Positions 38,242 through 50,117 are shown, counted from the first letter of the stretch. The stretch: 64,000 nt of DNA from an uncultured Planctomycetota bacterium (GCA_963849325.1 CAWKHF010000002.1:672001-736000), one strand, 5' to 3'. The notes: generated by a model not told the origin, from the sequence alone. A program made the numbers and translations.

Positions 38242-39828
38242 TTAGCGGGCGGACTTGACCGTTTTCGGCCTCGTGACCATGGGGAAGTCATCGGTGCGGA
38301 ACGGCGAGGCGGGCAGGCCGTCCTTGTTCCACAGGTTGACGACCGGACAGTTGGCCCAGCCGTAGCGCACCGCGACCGGCTGCGTCACCTGGTCACTCCA
38401 GACGAGGACCATATCGCCCTGGATCTCGGCCTTGGCGTTGTAAAACTTCTTGTCCTCGCCGGCGATCGTGAAGCCTTGCAGCGATCCGTCCTTCGCTTCC
38501 AGCCCCTTGCCGACGTGCTTAAAGTGCAGCACCGCCTTGCCGTCCTTGACCGTCATCTTGTCGTAGACCGGGCCGGAATACTCGATCTTCTCGCCGTAGG
38601 CGATGCCGCGCGCGGCCAGGGCCAACCGAGCGCCGACCGGCTCCTTCTTGCGCGGATGGATGTCCTTGGGATCGCCCACGTCGGTGATGACGGCCATGCC
38701 GGTGTTCTTCAGATGCTGGCTCGTCAGCAGCTGCGCCTCGCGCAGCTCGGCCCAGGCGCTCTCCTGCGGCTCGGAGACGATGGGCATGAACGGCGCCAGC
38801 TGCACGAACAGAAAGGGGAAGTCGCCCTCTTTCCAGCTGTCGCGCCAGCTTTGGATCATGGTGGGAAACAGCTTGCGGTACTGGTACGCTTGGCCGGCGT
38901 TGGACTCGCCCTGATACCAGATGGCGCCCTTGATGGCGTAGGGTTGCAGCGGGTGAATCATGGCGTTGTAGAGGGTCGCGGGGGCGTCTTGAGGCCGGGG
39001 ACCGGGGGTCCGGGCGCGGGCGGCGGCTTTCTTGCCTTCTTCCTTGGCCTTCTTCATGGCCTGTTTGTACTTTTCCAGATCGTCCTTGTACTTTTCCAGC
39101 GCCTTGCCGGAGTTGGCCTTGGCCTTTTCGTAGTTGGCGATTTCATCCCGCAATTCCGCGTCCGCTTCGAGGGCGGGCCGAGTGGTCCACGCCTCGGCGC
39201 GGGTGCCGCCCCACGAGGTGTGAATCAAGCCCACGGGTACGTCGAGGGCCTTTTGCAGATCGCGGCCGAAGTAATAGCCGACCGCGGTGAAGCCGGCCAC
39301 CGTCTCCGGTTTGCACTCCTGCCATTCGGCCTTCACCTCCGTCAGCGGCTTGTCCGACGTCTTCTTCGGCACCGTGAACAGCCGGATCTTGGGGTTGGCG
39401 GATTTTTCGATGGCCTCCTTGCCGTTATGGGCGGCGCGGAGCGACCACTCCATGTTGGACTGGCCGCTGCAAACCCACACCTCGCCGACGTAGACGTCCT
39501 TGAGGGTGATGGTGTTCTTGCCCTGGATGGTCAGCGTGTACGGCCCGCCGGCCATTTCCGAACCGACCTGGACCGTCACGCGCCACTTGCCATCCTGGTC
39601 GGCCGTGGCGGACGCGCTGGCACTGGCACTCGCATTCCTCTTCACGACCGCGAACGTCACGGAGACCTGCTCTCCCGGATCGGCCGTGCCCCAGATGGGG
39701 CATTTCATGCCTCGTTGCAGGACCAGGCCGTCGGTGAAAAGTGCATGGGGTTTCACGTCAGCGCGGGCGGGCTGGCCCGCCAAACAGACGGCAATCAATG
39801 CTCCAGCGCTCCAGAGGCGTTGCTTCAT
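38242..39828 (-). CDS. Sialate O-acetylesterase (SASA/SGNH) family protein
   Basis: Signal peptide; GEVWVCSGQSNM, WGGT, WYQGESN, DIHP motifs. Confidence 0.92.
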   Translation of the reverse strand: MKQRLWSAGALIAVCLAGQPARADVKPHALFTDGLVLQRGMKCPIWGTADPGEQVSVTFAVVKRNASASASASATADQDGKWRVTVQVGSEMAGGPYTLTIQGKNTITLKDVYVGEVWVCSGQSNMEWSLRAAHNGKEAIEKSANPKIRLFTVPKKTSDKPLTEVKAEWQECKPETVAGFTAVGYYFGRDLQKALDVPVGLIHTSWGGTRAEAWTTRPALEADAELRDEIANYEKAKANSGKALEKYKDDLEKYKQAMKKAKEEGKKAAARARTPGPRPQDAPATLYNAMIHPLQPYAIKGAIWYQGESNAGQAYQYRKLFPTMIQSWRDSWKEGDFPFLFVQLAPFMPIVSEPQESAWAELREAQLLTSQHLKNTGMAVITDVGDPKDIHPRKKEPVGARLALAARGIAYGEKIEYSGPVYDKMTVKDGKAVLHFKHVGKGLEAKDGSLQGFTIAGEDKKFYNAKAEIQGDMVLVWSDQVTQPVAVRYGWANCPVVNLWNKDGLPASPFRTDDFPMVTRPKTVKSAR

Positions 39829-39930
39829 GATGAGTCTCCTTGTGGTTGGCTACCCCTTTGACGAACAGGATCGTACCATGACAGGAGGACGCTTGCATTG
39901 GTTTTTCGCGGATCATTTCCGGAGGCTGCC

Positions 39931-41148
39931 GTGACCTCAATACGCTGCTGCACCGTGCTGGCGGGGACCGGGATTCTCTTCGTCGGACTGCTGAGCCTGG
40001 CGACCGCGCCCGCCGAGACCTGCCTGTCGCCGTTCGTCAAACGCCTGGACCGGCCGGAGAAATACCTGTACGTCTTCTGCGTCGATGCCGACGCCAAGGA
40101 CAACGACTTTCTCGCCGTCCTCGACGTGGACGCCAAATCGCCGAGCTATGGCCGCATCCTGCACCAGCTCGACCTCGGCTCGGCGGGCAACGAAACGCAC
40201 CACTTCGGTTTCACCGACGACCGCACGCATATTTGGGGTTGCAGTCTGTTTTCCAACCGCGTTTTTGTCATCGACGTGTCCGCCGACCCGGCCCGGCCGA
40301 AATTGGTCAAGACGTTCGATTCCTCGGAGAAAACCGGCCTGACCGGCCCGCACTCGCCGTACGCCCTGCCCGGCCGCATGCTGGTGAGCTACCTCGGCGG
40401 CAAGGACGGCGGCCTGCCGGCGGGACTGGCCGAGTTCGACAACGACGGCACCTTCATCCGCAAATTGCCCTTCCCCAAGGATGCGCCGTATGGCTACGAC
40501 GTGGCCATCCAGCCCGACCACAATCGCATGGTCACGTCCAGCTTCACGCCGCCGGAGAACTATCGCAAGCCGATGGCGAAGATGGATCTCAAGCACTTCG
40601 GCGACAAGCTCCTGGTCTGGGACTTCCGCGCCCGCAAGGTACTGGCCTCCCTGAAGACCGGCCTGGCGCCGCTCGAATGCCGCTGGTCGCTGAAGGAGGG
40701 CGCCAATCACGGCTACTGCAACTGTGCGCTGGATAACTCGCTGTGGGTCTGGGAGGGCGGGGACGGGAATCGGTACACGGCGCGCAAGCTGTGCGACACC
40801 GGCAAACTGCCGGCCGACCTCAGTCAGTCGCCCGATGGTCGTTTCCTGTTCGTCAGCTGTTTCCTATCCGACGAGGTCCAGCAGTGGGACGTTAGCGATC
40901 TTAAAAAGCCTCATCTGGTCAGCACGGTCAAGCCCGGCGTGCAGCCGAACATGCTGCATCTGACCGGCGATGGCCGCCGCATGTACGTCACCAACTCGCT
41001 CCTGAGCACGATGGACCGTTCCGAGGATTTCTGGGTGCGTCTCATCCGCATCGGCCCCGACGGCATGACGATGGACCCGAAGTTCCGGGTCGATCTGGCG
41101 AAGTTCCAGACGGGACCGGCGCGCGGTCACGACATGCTGCTGTATTGA
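39931..41148 (+). CDS. Selenium-binding protein SBP56 / methanethiol oxidase family beta-propeller, exported
   Basis: Signal then AETC.SP; DFLAVLDVD..SPSYG, GNETHHFGF, GPHS.YALPGRML, YGYD, RMYVTNSLLSTMD, RGHDM. Confidence 0.85.
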   Translation: MTSIRCCTVLAGTGILFVGLLSLATAPAETCLSPFVKRLDRPEKYLYVFCVDADAKDNDFLAVLDVDAKSPSYGRILHQLDLGSAGNETHHFGFTDDRTHIWGCSLFSNRVFVIDVSADPARPKLVKTFDSSEKTGLTGPHSPYALPGRMLVSYLGGKDGGLPAGLAEFDNDGTFIRKLPFPKDAPYGYDVAIQPDHNRMVTSSFTPPENYRKPMAKMDLKHFGDKLLVWDFRARKVLASLKTGLAPLECRWSLKEGANHGYCNCALDNSLWVWEGGDGNRYTARKLCDTGKLPADLSQSPDGRFLFVSCFLSDEVQQWDVSDLKKPHLVSTVKPGVQPNMLHLTGDGRRMYVTNSLLSTMDRSEDFWVRLIRIGPDGMTMDPKFRVDLAKFQTGPARGHDMLLY

Positions 41149-41173
41149 TATTCGCGCCCGTTGACGGTGAATC

Positions 41174-41238
41174 GTTTAGCCGCGACGCGCAGCGGAGCGC
41201 GGGAGTCTCCCGCGCTCCGCTGCGCGTCGCGGCTAAAC
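41174..41238. repeat. REP-like palindrome (GTTTAGCCGCGACG family)
   Basis: Same arms as 12688 and 38147. Confidence 0.9.
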
Positions 41239-41249
41239 GGAGAGGAACC

Positions 41250-41837
41250 ATGATCTCCTTCACCTGGGTCTTTCTCGCCGCGATGTTGCCCGTCGGTTCG
41301 GGAGCCGACGATTCGCGCCTGGCTGTCATCCGCACGCCTGCCGACTTCACCCTGACGAACCAGGACGGCAAGCCGTTCCGCCTTGCCGACCTGCGCGGCA
41401 AGGTGGTGCTGGTCAGCTTCATCTTCACCACCTGCAACGGCACCTGCCCCGCCACGACACATCGCATGGCCCAGGCGGCTCAGGCGCTGGCCGGAGATCG
41501 GCTCACGGACAAGGTACACCTGTTGTCGATCACGCTCGATCCGGCCCGCGATCAGCCCGCGGCGCTGCGTTGTTACATGCGCCTGTACGACGTGAATGCG
41601 AAACACTGGACGTTCCTGACCGGCTCCCCAAAGCAAATCGCCAAGGTGCTGTCCGACTGGGGCATGTGGGTCCGCCCGGGGACGGCCGGTCAGCTCGATC
41701 ATCCCTCGCGGGTCTTCCTGCTCGACAAGCGCGGGCGCGTCCGTGAAATATACAATCTCGAATATTTCCGCCCCGCCTGGGTGCGCGAGGACGTGCGGTC
41801 CTTGCTGTCGGAAGTCGGCGAACGGACCCAACCATGA
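41250..41837 (+). CDS. SCO1/SenC copper chaperone
   Basis: [19 protein letters not shown] (CxxxC), [19 protein letters not shown]. Confidence 0.92.
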   Translation: MISFTWVFLAAMLPVGSGADDSRLAVIRTPADFTLTNQDGKPFRLADLRGKVVLVSFIFTTCNGTCPATTHRMAQAAQALAGDRLTDKVHLLSITLDPARDQPAALRCYMRLYDVNAKHWTFLTGSPKQIAKVLSDWGMWVRPGTAGQLDHPSRVFLLDKRGRVREIYNLEYFRPAWVREDVRSLLSEVGERTQP

Positions 41838-42310
41838 CGGAACTCTCGCACTTTGACGAGCACGGCGCCTCGCGCATGGTGGACACCAGCGCCAAGCCGG
41901 AGACGCTGCGCCAGGCCAGGGCCAGCGGCCTGGTGCGCATGGCGCCAGCCACCCTCGCCCTCATCCGTGACCGCGGCATGGCCAAGGGCGACGTCCTCGA
42001 AGTCGCTCGCCTGGCCGGCATCATGGCCGCCAAACGTACCGGCGATCTCATCCCCCTGTGCCATCCTCTCCCCATCACCAGCGCCACGGTCGATTTCACC
42101 TTCGCCGGCGACGACTTGCTGCACATCGAGGCGACGGTGCGCGTCTTCGGCCGTACCGGCGTCGAGATGGAGGCGCTGACCGCCGTCAGTGCCGCCGCCC
42201 TCACCGTCTACGACATGTGCAAGGCCGTCGATCGTGTTATGACCATCGAGCGCATCCGGTTGGAAGAGAAGAGCGGCGGCCGCAGCGGCACCTTCCGGCG
42301 CGACGATTGA
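41834..42310 (+). CDS. moaC: Cyclic pyranopterin monophosphate synthase
   Basis: [50 protein letters not shown]. Confidence 0.97.
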   Translation: MTELSHFDEHGASRMVDTSAKPETLRQARASGLVRMAPATLALIRDRGMAKGDVLEVARLAGIMAAKRTGDLIPLCHPLPITSATVDFTFAGDDLLHIEATVRVFGRTGVEMEALTAVSAAALTVYDMCKAVDRVMTIERIRLEEKSGGRSGTFRRDD

Positions 42311-42368
42311 CGCTGCCCCGGCCGGCGCATAAGTATTCAACGGGGATTGAACGTTCTGAAACCTCTCG

Positions 42369-42418
42369 CCGAGCCGCGAGCGAGCCAATTGCGCGTTTCG
42401 CTCGCGCTCGCGGCTCGG
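42369..42418. repeat. REP-like palindrome
   Basis: ccgagccgcgagcg ... cgctcgcggctcgg. Confidence 0.65.
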
Positions 42419-42431
42419 TGGTGGACCTGTC

Positions 42432-43436
42432 ATGAATCCCGTCACGCTGGCCGTACCGCCGTTGGCCGCCTCGGAGCTGGACCCGTTCGCTCCGATTGCG
42501 GCCGATCTGGAAGAAGTCGAGCACATCCTGGCCCTCGTCCTGAAGAACAAGCATCCCCGCGTCGCCGAGGTTGTCGATCACGTCCACCACTATCGCGGCA
42601 AACGGCTGCGGCCGATGCTGCTGCTCTTGACGGCCCGCGCCTGCGGTCGGGTCACTCCGGCCCATCACGTCCTCGGCGCCGTGGTCGAGATGATCCACAC
42701 GGCCACACTGGTCCATGACGACGTGCTCGACGGTGCTCGCGTCCGCCGCCGCGTGGCGACGGTCAACGCCGTTTGGGGCGTGCAGACGAGCGTCCTGCTC
42801 GGCGATTACCTGTTCACGCACGCCTTCCACCTGGCCAGCACGCTCGACGACGTTCGCGCCTGCCGGCTGATCGGCGCCGCCACCGATCGCGTCTGCGAGG
42901 GCGAACTGTGTCAGGTGCTGCAGCGCGGCAACCTGGAGCTGAGCGAGGCGGAATACTTCGACATCATCGACGGCAAGACGGCGGAGTTGACCGCGTGCTG
43001 CTGTCACCTGGGCGCACTGTACAGCGGCGCCGCGCCGGACGTCGTGCAGGCGTTGTCTCGTTATGGGCGCTGCGTGGGACTGGCGTTCCAGATCGCCGAC
43101 GATCTGCTCGACCTGGTCGGCGAGGAGAAGACGACCGGCAAATCGCTGGGCACCGACGTGGAGCAGCAGAAGTTGACACTGCCGCTGATTCACCTGCTCC
43201 GCCACGGTGGCGATGGGTTGGCCGCGCGGGTGCGTCAGATATTGGGCAGTCCCGGCAACCACAAGCGCGAGGCGCTGCGGCCGTATCTCGTCGAAGGCGG
43301 CGCCGTGGCGTATGCTCGCCAACGAGCCGAGGAACTGGCCGCGCAGGCCCGCGCCGAGCTGGTTGGTCTGCCGCCGTCGCTGTGTCGCTCCGTGCTCGAA
43401 GCCGTGACGGAGCGCGTCGTCCACCGCAATGCCTGA
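42432..43436 (+). CDS. Long-chain trans-polyprenyl diphosphate synthase (IspB/HepT-like)
   Basis: GKRLRP, HTATLVHDDVLD..RR, LLGDYL, GKTA, AFQIADDLLD. Confidence 0.93.
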   Translation: MNPVTLAVPPLAASELDPFAPIAADLEEVEHILALVLKNKHPRVAEVVDHVHHYRGKRLRPMLLLLTARACGRVTPAHHVLGAVVEMIHTATLVHDDVLDGARVRRRVATVNAVWGVQTSVLLGDYLFTHAFHLASTLDDVRACRLIGAATDRVCEGELCQVLQRGNLELSEAEYFDIIDGKTAELTACCCHLGALYSGAAPDVVQALSRYGRCVGLAFQIADDLLDLVGEEKTTGKSLGTDVEQQKLTLPLIHLLRHGGDGLAARVRQILGSPGNHKREALRPYLVEGGAVAYARQRAEELAAQARAELVGLPPSLCRSVLEAVTERVVHRNA

Positions 43437-43480
43437 CGTGCTGCTCGCCCGAGTCCAGAGCACGAGACATTGGAGTCCGT

Positions 43481-45070
43481 TCAGGGGGCGGCTGCGGGTC
43501 GCTTGTTTAGACGGGCGAGAGACGCCTTGGCATCCTGCGTCAGTCGCGCCTCCGGGAAACCCTTGGTCAGTTCCGCCAGCAGTCGGCGAGCCTCGGCGTT
43601 GCCAATGTGTTCGAGCACTTCCAGAGCACGCAGTTGCTGCAAGTCTCGGGATGGCAAGGTCGTTTTCCGGCGCTCGATTTCTTCCAGGATGGAGGACACT
43701 CGTTGGCGCACCTCCGCCGTTGGCCGTGCGGCTAGCACGCGCCGCAGCGCACCCTCTGCCAGTACGCCGCACTTCGTTAACTCTGCGCTCGCCGTCTGCC
43801 GCGTGGCGAAGGCGTCGCTGTCCAGGTCGGCCAGCCAGCCCTCGATCTTGTGGCTCAGGGATTCGGAGAGGACGACAGGTTGCAGATGCTGACGCAGCAA
43901 TGGCAGCGTTTGCGGCGGCGAGGCAATCAAGGTGCGGATGGCGCGGTAAGCAACGACCGCATCTTCTCCTGCCAGCATGGACCATAGGCGGGCCAATTCC
44001 GCCGTGTCTGGCGGCTTCGTCTTGATGGCAATCACGTCCCAGAAGTTGATGATGTCGCCGTCCGTTGTGACGAGAGTGTGGCCGTCTGGGCTAAAGGCCA
44101 ATCCCCCCCAGACGATCCCATAATCCGTGTCAGGGGCCATTCGCTCCCGGCCGGTAGCGGTCTCCCATAGATGGACCTCGCGATGTCGAGCCGAGGTCAC
44201 CAAGGTTCGGCCATCGGGACTGAATGCGATGGAGGTGCGGCGGACCCTTCTGTTGTCAGGCTTCTGAAGAATACCTTTCGCACTCCTCGTTTTCACATCC
44301 CATAGCTTTACAGCTGCGCTTAATGACACGGCTGCCAACGTCCGTCCATCCGGGGAGAAGGTGATATTCCAGTAAGAACCCGCTGGCCCCTCATCCTTGA
44401 GCGTGTCGATTGTTGCGCCGGTTTCAGCGTCGCAGAGAAAAATATCCGAACGGAATCCAGCACTTACCGCCAGCGTCTTGCCATCCGGAGAAGAGGCTAC
44501 GTGGTACGGGTCGGGGTGACGGATCGGAAGTTTCACGCGGACTGTGCGCGCTAGCGGTTTCCAAACGATCAACCCTCCAAGTCTATCGCTGGGATCGCAA
44601 GTCGCAATCGCCAGCGACTTGCCGTCCGGGATAAAAGCCAGGGAGACTAACAGCGCGTAGGGAGCGGGTTCACCAACCCTGGCAAGCTCCTTGCCATTGG
44701 CGGCATTCAGGAGCCGGACGACGCCATCCGCGCTTCCCAGCGCGATCGTCTTGCCATCTGGAGCGAAGGCAACACAAATCACGCTATCCTTCGGTCCTCT
44801 TGTGTTCAAGGTCCGCCGTTCCTCTCCGTTAACCACGTCCCATAATCTGACCGGCCGGTGCCCGTCCGTGACGGCGAGGAGCTTCCCGTCGGGGCTGAAT
44901 GCCAGTTCATGAGAATAACGGCGGTATTCGTTCAAAGTGAGCCGCAGCTTTATCTCCTCAGCAAACCCATACGGCGCACCACCCCGATGGAGCAGAGCAA
45001 CCACCCCAAGCATCGACAGTCCGAGGATGCTTCGCCATCGCCGGATATGTGTCGGTAGATTGTGAATCAT
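43481..45070 (-). CDS. WD40-repeat protein with helical C-terminal domain
   Basis: Repeated AFSPDGKTLA..V.LWD; C-terminal LDSDAFATRQ..LRALEVLEHIG tail common in Gemmataceae WD40 proteins. Confidence 0.88.
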   Translation of the reverse strand: MIHNLPTHIRRWRSILGLSMLGVVALLHRGGAPYGFAEEIKLRLTLNEYRRYSHELAFSPDGKLLAVTDGHRPVRLWDVVNGEERRTLNTRGPKDSVICVAFAPDGKTIALGSADGVVRLLNAANGKELARVGEPAPYALLVSLAFIPDGKSLAIATCDPSDRLGGLIVWKPLARTVRVKLPIRHPDPYHVASSPDGKTLAVSAGFRSDIFLCDAETGATIDTLKDEGPAGSYWNITFSPDGRTLAAVSLSAAVKLWDVKTRSAKGILQKPDNRRVRRTSIAFSPDGRTLVTSARHREVHLWETATGRERMAPDTDYGIVWGGLAFSPDGHTLVTTDGDIINFWDVIAIKTKPPDTAELARLWSMLAGEDAVVAYRAIRTLIASPPQTLPLLRQHLQPVVLSESLSHKIEGWLADLDSDAFATRQTASAELTKCGVLAEGALRRVLAARPTAEVRQRVSSILEEIERRKTTLPSRDLQQLRALEVLEHIGNAEARRLLAELTKGFPEARLTQDAKASLARLNKRPAAAP

Positions 45071-45131
45071 GACGCCACGGACCTCCCAAGCCGAACAAAA
45101 CCCTACTCATTCAACGCCCCGGTAGTCTTCC

Positions 45132-48100
45132 CTAGGGTCCGTCGATCGTGAAGTCCGCGTCCGAGAGCTTCAAGACCCTCCTGTCCAGACCAAACTTTCC
45201 AGTAGCCAACTTGGTGAACAGCGCATCGATCGTCGTCGTGATACCGGCGGGGGCGTTGGGATCCTTCTTGACGGTCCAGTCGGTCCTCTGGTTATTGTTC
45301 TGGTAGAGGGAGAATAAGATATCGCCATCTTTGAAGTTCGGGGCTCCGTACTTGTTAGGGGCCAAATGCACCGTCCCCAGGAAGGTTCCCTTGCCCACGT
45401 TGATTATCAACGTGGAACCGAACCCGCCTTCCTGGGCATGGACTTTGAACTTTTCGACCACCGCATCCGGGTTGGCCACGATGATTTGCGAGATGTAAGA
45501 ATCGGCTTTGATCGTCACGTTGTCCGGGATCGCATCCGTGGAACGAACTTGCCAGATACTGCCCTGCAACGCGGAAGTGCCGTCCGTCACCCGCGCAGTG
45601 AGGTTGCCAGCGACCTTTTTCGCGTTCACCTCATCGATATTGCCTCCCTCCGCCTCCACCGCGGCGGTCAGCACGCCGTTGGTTGCGCTGATCGGCTTGA
45701 TGCCGCCGTTGGTGCTGTGGATCGTCTGCAGGAAGATTGACTTCCCGCTCGTGATCGTAGCGATGGATTTTCCTTCGATCTTGCCTGCCACCTTCTGCGT
45801 CGGGCTCCCGCCGATGTCGCCGTCCACGTTGATGGTCTGAATGTCCCCCCCGGTCGTCCTCACCAGGCTGGTCACGTTCCCCCCTGGCAGCGTGAAATTG
45901 CCGTGGACCGTGATCGGGCCGCTTGGTCCCTTCCCGACGGTCACGTAACCGACGAAGTTCCCCGCCACCGTGATCGGTGTGCCGCTGCTGTTGCCTATCT
46001 GGACGCCGCTTGTCAGGTTTCCTCCCACGTTGATTAACTTGATGTCGCCGTCCGGGGTCTTAATCCCCCCAGCCAGGTCGCCCTTGAGGTCGATCTTGCC
46101 AATCCCCTCTGACGCGATGATATTATTCGCACTCAACGAGCCGGAACCCGTGAGGTTGCCGATCGACATTGCCTGGATGTTGCCGTCCTGCCCCCCATCC
46201 GGCGTAGCGACCACCGACAGCTTGTTATCGATCGTGAGTTGCTTGATGGTTCCGTCGGCGTGAAGCTGGCCCATCTTCCCCGGACTGTTGCCGGCGAACA
46301 CAATGGCATTCGCGAACCCGACGTGGATGAGCGATTGCGAGTTCTCCTTATTCACTACCAGCGTGCCGCGAATGTTGGGCGGATCGAACGCTCCTTCCAG
46401 GGTGAGGATGTCAAACGTACCGACATCACCCGCAATCGCTGCGCTGCTGAGGTTCCCGGCCACGAAGGTGCCGGGAATACCCCCAGCGCCTACCGACAGC
46501 ATCATCCCCGGACTGTTCATGTCCTGCAGCTCATCCGCATTGACCGTCGCCCAGATGCCGTCGCTCGCTGTCATGTACTGGATGCCGGTCAGCGAATCCA
46601 CCACTTGCGCGGCGCATCGCGCCCAGCGAACCCAAGGCCACCACGCTATTGATCGAATCCAGGCCCGTAATCGAACCCGTCAGGTTGTTAAAGGAAAGCT
46701 CGATCGCCTTGGTGCCCGTCAGCGCTCCGTTGACCGACGGACCCGTCACGCTGCCCAGGTCGCCCCTCGCCTCCGCCGAGACGGTGCTGCCCACGGGCAC
46801 GTCCACCTCGTCAATGTCGCCGCTGCCCACCGCCGCCGGCAACCCGTAGAGTTGCGTCGTCACCGTGAAGGTGACGTTCTGCACTCCCTCCGCCGCCCCC
46901 ACCGAGGCAATGGTGCCATTCGTGCTGATGACGTAGCTAACTCCCGAGGTATCCAGCGTGAACGTCAAGTTCGGCGCCGAGCCGTCGATGTAGTAGACGG
47001 GTTGGTTGGGGCTGAGCGTCGTCGAACCGCCGCCCCACGTCGCCGTCACCGAGCCGGGTCCCTGATTCTCAATCTCGACGGTCTCGTCCGTGGATGACTC
47101 CACATCGAAGCTGTAGCTGGACACCGAACTGGTCTGTCCCTGGCTGTCCTCGACGTAGCCCGTCAGGGTGTGCGAACCCGTGCTGATGTTGCTGGGAAGA
47201 TAGTAGACCGGCGACGAGCTGCTGGTATAGGGAGCGCCGTCGAGGCTGACGTAGTAGGCGAAGCCGGCCTGCGTGTCGGCCACGGACGGATCGCCGACGC
47301 CGGTGAACAGGATCGGCGCGCTGGCGTCGATTTGCGTGGCGCCGCCGGCGGCGCCGAAGGTAGTGACCGACGGCGGCACCGCCGTCACCGTCACGCTGGA
47401 CGTGGAATCCGTATAGCCGCCGCTGCCGTCCATGATGCGAATGACGGCGTTGTAGCTGCCATTCTGATCGTAGACGTGCGTGAAGCTGAGCGAACCATCC
47501 GGGTTGGTGGTCAGCTCGTCGGACGTGATCTCCTCGAACTGGCCGCTGCCATCCCAGTCGGCCAGGATGGTCGGCGTGTCGCCCGGCGTCTGATCGGTCA
47601 GGTTGGAAACCGTGAAGGTCACCGCCGAGCCTACCGGCGTCGAGCCGGAGTTGGTCACTGTGGCTGTCGGCGGCACGTCGGTCACCGTCACTGTCGTCGT
47701 CGCCAGGCTGGTCGCGCCCTCGGCGTCCGTCACCTGCAACGCTACCTCGTAGGTGCCCGGCGTGGTAAAGACGTGCGTCGGCGTCAACGTGCCGCCGGCG
47801 CTGCCGTCGGCGACGAAGTTCTGGCCGTCGTAGTCGAAGTCCCAATCGTAGCTGAGCGCGTCGCTGGCGCCGGCGGGCTTGCTGGCCGTGCCGCTGAACG
47901 AGACGGTGCTGCCCTGGGCCACTGTCTGGTCCGGCCCGGCATCGACCTGCGGCGCCACGTCGGCGACCGACACGTACAGCGTGCCGATGCTGGTGACGTT
48001 GTTGCTATCGGTCAGTTGCAGCGCCACCAGGTAGGTGCCCGGTGTCGTGAACACGTGCGCCGGCGTCAGCGTGCCCGCCGCCGACGGATCAGCGTTGAAA

Positions 48101-49753
48101 GTGCTGCCGTCGTAGTTGAAGTCCCATTGTGCCGTGCTCGGATCGACGGTGATGCCGGTGGCGTCCGTCCAGTTGCCCGAGAATGAAGCCGTGTCGCCCT
48201 CAGCCAATGCCTGATCCGGGCCGGCGTTGACCACCAGCGAATTCGACGGGTTGACCGTGACGTTGATCGTGCTCAGGCCGCTGACGCCGGCGCTGTCCGT
48301 CGCCTGCAACGCCACCACATAGGTGCCCGGCGTAGTGAAGACGTAATACGGATTGAGCGAGTTGGCCGAGCCGGGGTTGAAGTTCTGACCGTCGTAGTTG
48401 AAGTCCCAGGCGTAGGACAGTGGATCATCGGAGCCGCCCGGATCGCTGGCCGAGCCGTTGAACGACACCAGTTGGCCGGCCGTAACCGTCATGTCCGAGC
48501 CGGCACTGACCGTCGGCGTCACGGCATTGACCGTGAGGTTCATGGTGCTCAGGTTGGTCACGCCGTTGCTGTCGGTGACTTGCAGGGCCACCGTGTAGGT
48601 GCCCGGCGCGGTGAACTGCCAACTGGGTGTCAGCGTGCCCGTCACTTGCGAATTGAAGGTAACGCCGTCGTAGTTGAAGTCCCAGGCGATGCCGCTGCTG
48701 GGATCGACCGTGCCGTCCGGGTCGGTGTACGAGCCGCCGAACGTGTAGGTGTCGCCCTCGTTGACGGCCGCATCGGTCCCCGCGTTCGCCGTGGGACCGA
48801 CGTAGGGCGTCACCGTTACGTTGAGGACCGAGAGGTCGCTGGCCCCCGTACTGTCGGTGATTTGCAGGGCGACCTGGTAGCTGCCCGGCGTGCTGAACGA
48901 GACGGTCGGCGTCAAGGTGCCGGTGACGACGGGGTTGAAGGTGTCGCCGTCGTAGTTGGTGTCCCAGGCAATGTTGCTGGGATCGACCGTACCGCCGGGG
49001 TCGCTGTAACTGCCGGATAGGGTGACGCTCTGTCCGGGGGCGAGGGTCAGGTCGGGCCCGGCGTTGACGATGAGGGCGTCGCTGGGCTTGACGGTGACGG
49101 TGGTGACGTCCTGGCTGACGTTGCCGCCCTGGTCGGTCGCTTGCAGGGCCACCAAGTAGGTGCCGGCGGTGGCGTAAGTATGCGTCGGCGTCAGGTTGCC
49201 GTTGGCGGACGGGTCGGCCACGAAGTTCTGTCCGTCGTAGTTGAAGTCCCACTGGATGGAGGCGATGTCGGCGGTGCCGCCGGGATCGCTGACGCTGCCG
49301 TTGAAGGAGGCGGTATCGCCGGCGTGGATGGTCTGGCTCGGCCCGGCGTTGACGGTCGGCGGCACGTCGGTGATGTTGATGGTAGACGTGTCCGTGGCCG
49401 AGTCGGTGCCGTTGCTGACGATGAGGGTGACGGTGTAGGGAGTGCCGGGATTCGCTGGGGCGGCGTAGGCGTGGCTGACATCGGTGAGATCGACGCCGCT
49501 CTGGCTGGAGCCGTCGCCGAAGTTCCACTGGTAAGTCAGCAACGCGCCGGGGACATCGGTGCTGGCTTGCGCTGACAGGGCCATGGTCTGTCCTTCCAGG
49601 CCGGTGCTGGGTACCACGAAGGCATCGATGTTGACGGCCAGCAACTCACGCGATTCCAACTCTTCGAGGAACAAAAGAGTTGGAGGGGGGGGTAATGTGT
49701 CTTTTTTGTGGCTTTGCGGGCGGCGTGATGCGAGTCTTCAGCCAGGCAAACAT
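45132..49753 (-). CDS. Large extracellular PKD-repeat protein with beta-solenoid-like C-terminus (frameshifts at G-tract near 49690 and near 46610)
   Basis: AAGGAGG RBS, ATG at 49753, LEELESRELLA motif; repeated WDFNYDG..TP.H.F.TPGTY.VALQ.TD; continues in ORF 45132..46604. Confidence 0.8.
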
Positions 49754-50117
49754 GGATGCCTCCTTGAGGTGACTCCGAGAGTCGGCCACGCCACGGCGTT
49801 GAGACGTGAGGTTGATTCTGTCAACGGCTGCGAGAAGGAGAACTCCTCCTGAATTCGCCCTCTTGTAGCATCTCGTTGACCTGGCTGCAACTAAAAAATG
49901 AAAAAATGTGAGATCGGCCCCCGGTCGTTCCGAACGCCTCCACGTGCTCGTCTAAGGCCAGAGTAAGCGGACCGGCGGCTCACCAGCGATAGCCGTACAT
50001 GAAACACAGGTCATCCGGCGATGCCACCGTTCCTGCTTTGCGGATAAAACCACCCGCGTAAAGGTGTGAATACGGCACGAACACGTTCTGGTGAAAGTCG
50101 AGAGGGAAGTGAACGAT

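Noticed and set aside
42432-43436. Polyprenyl synthase as part of the terpene cluster
   Set aside because: Opposite strand, more than 8 kb away, and has long-chain (quinone side-chain) features; no evidence of linkage
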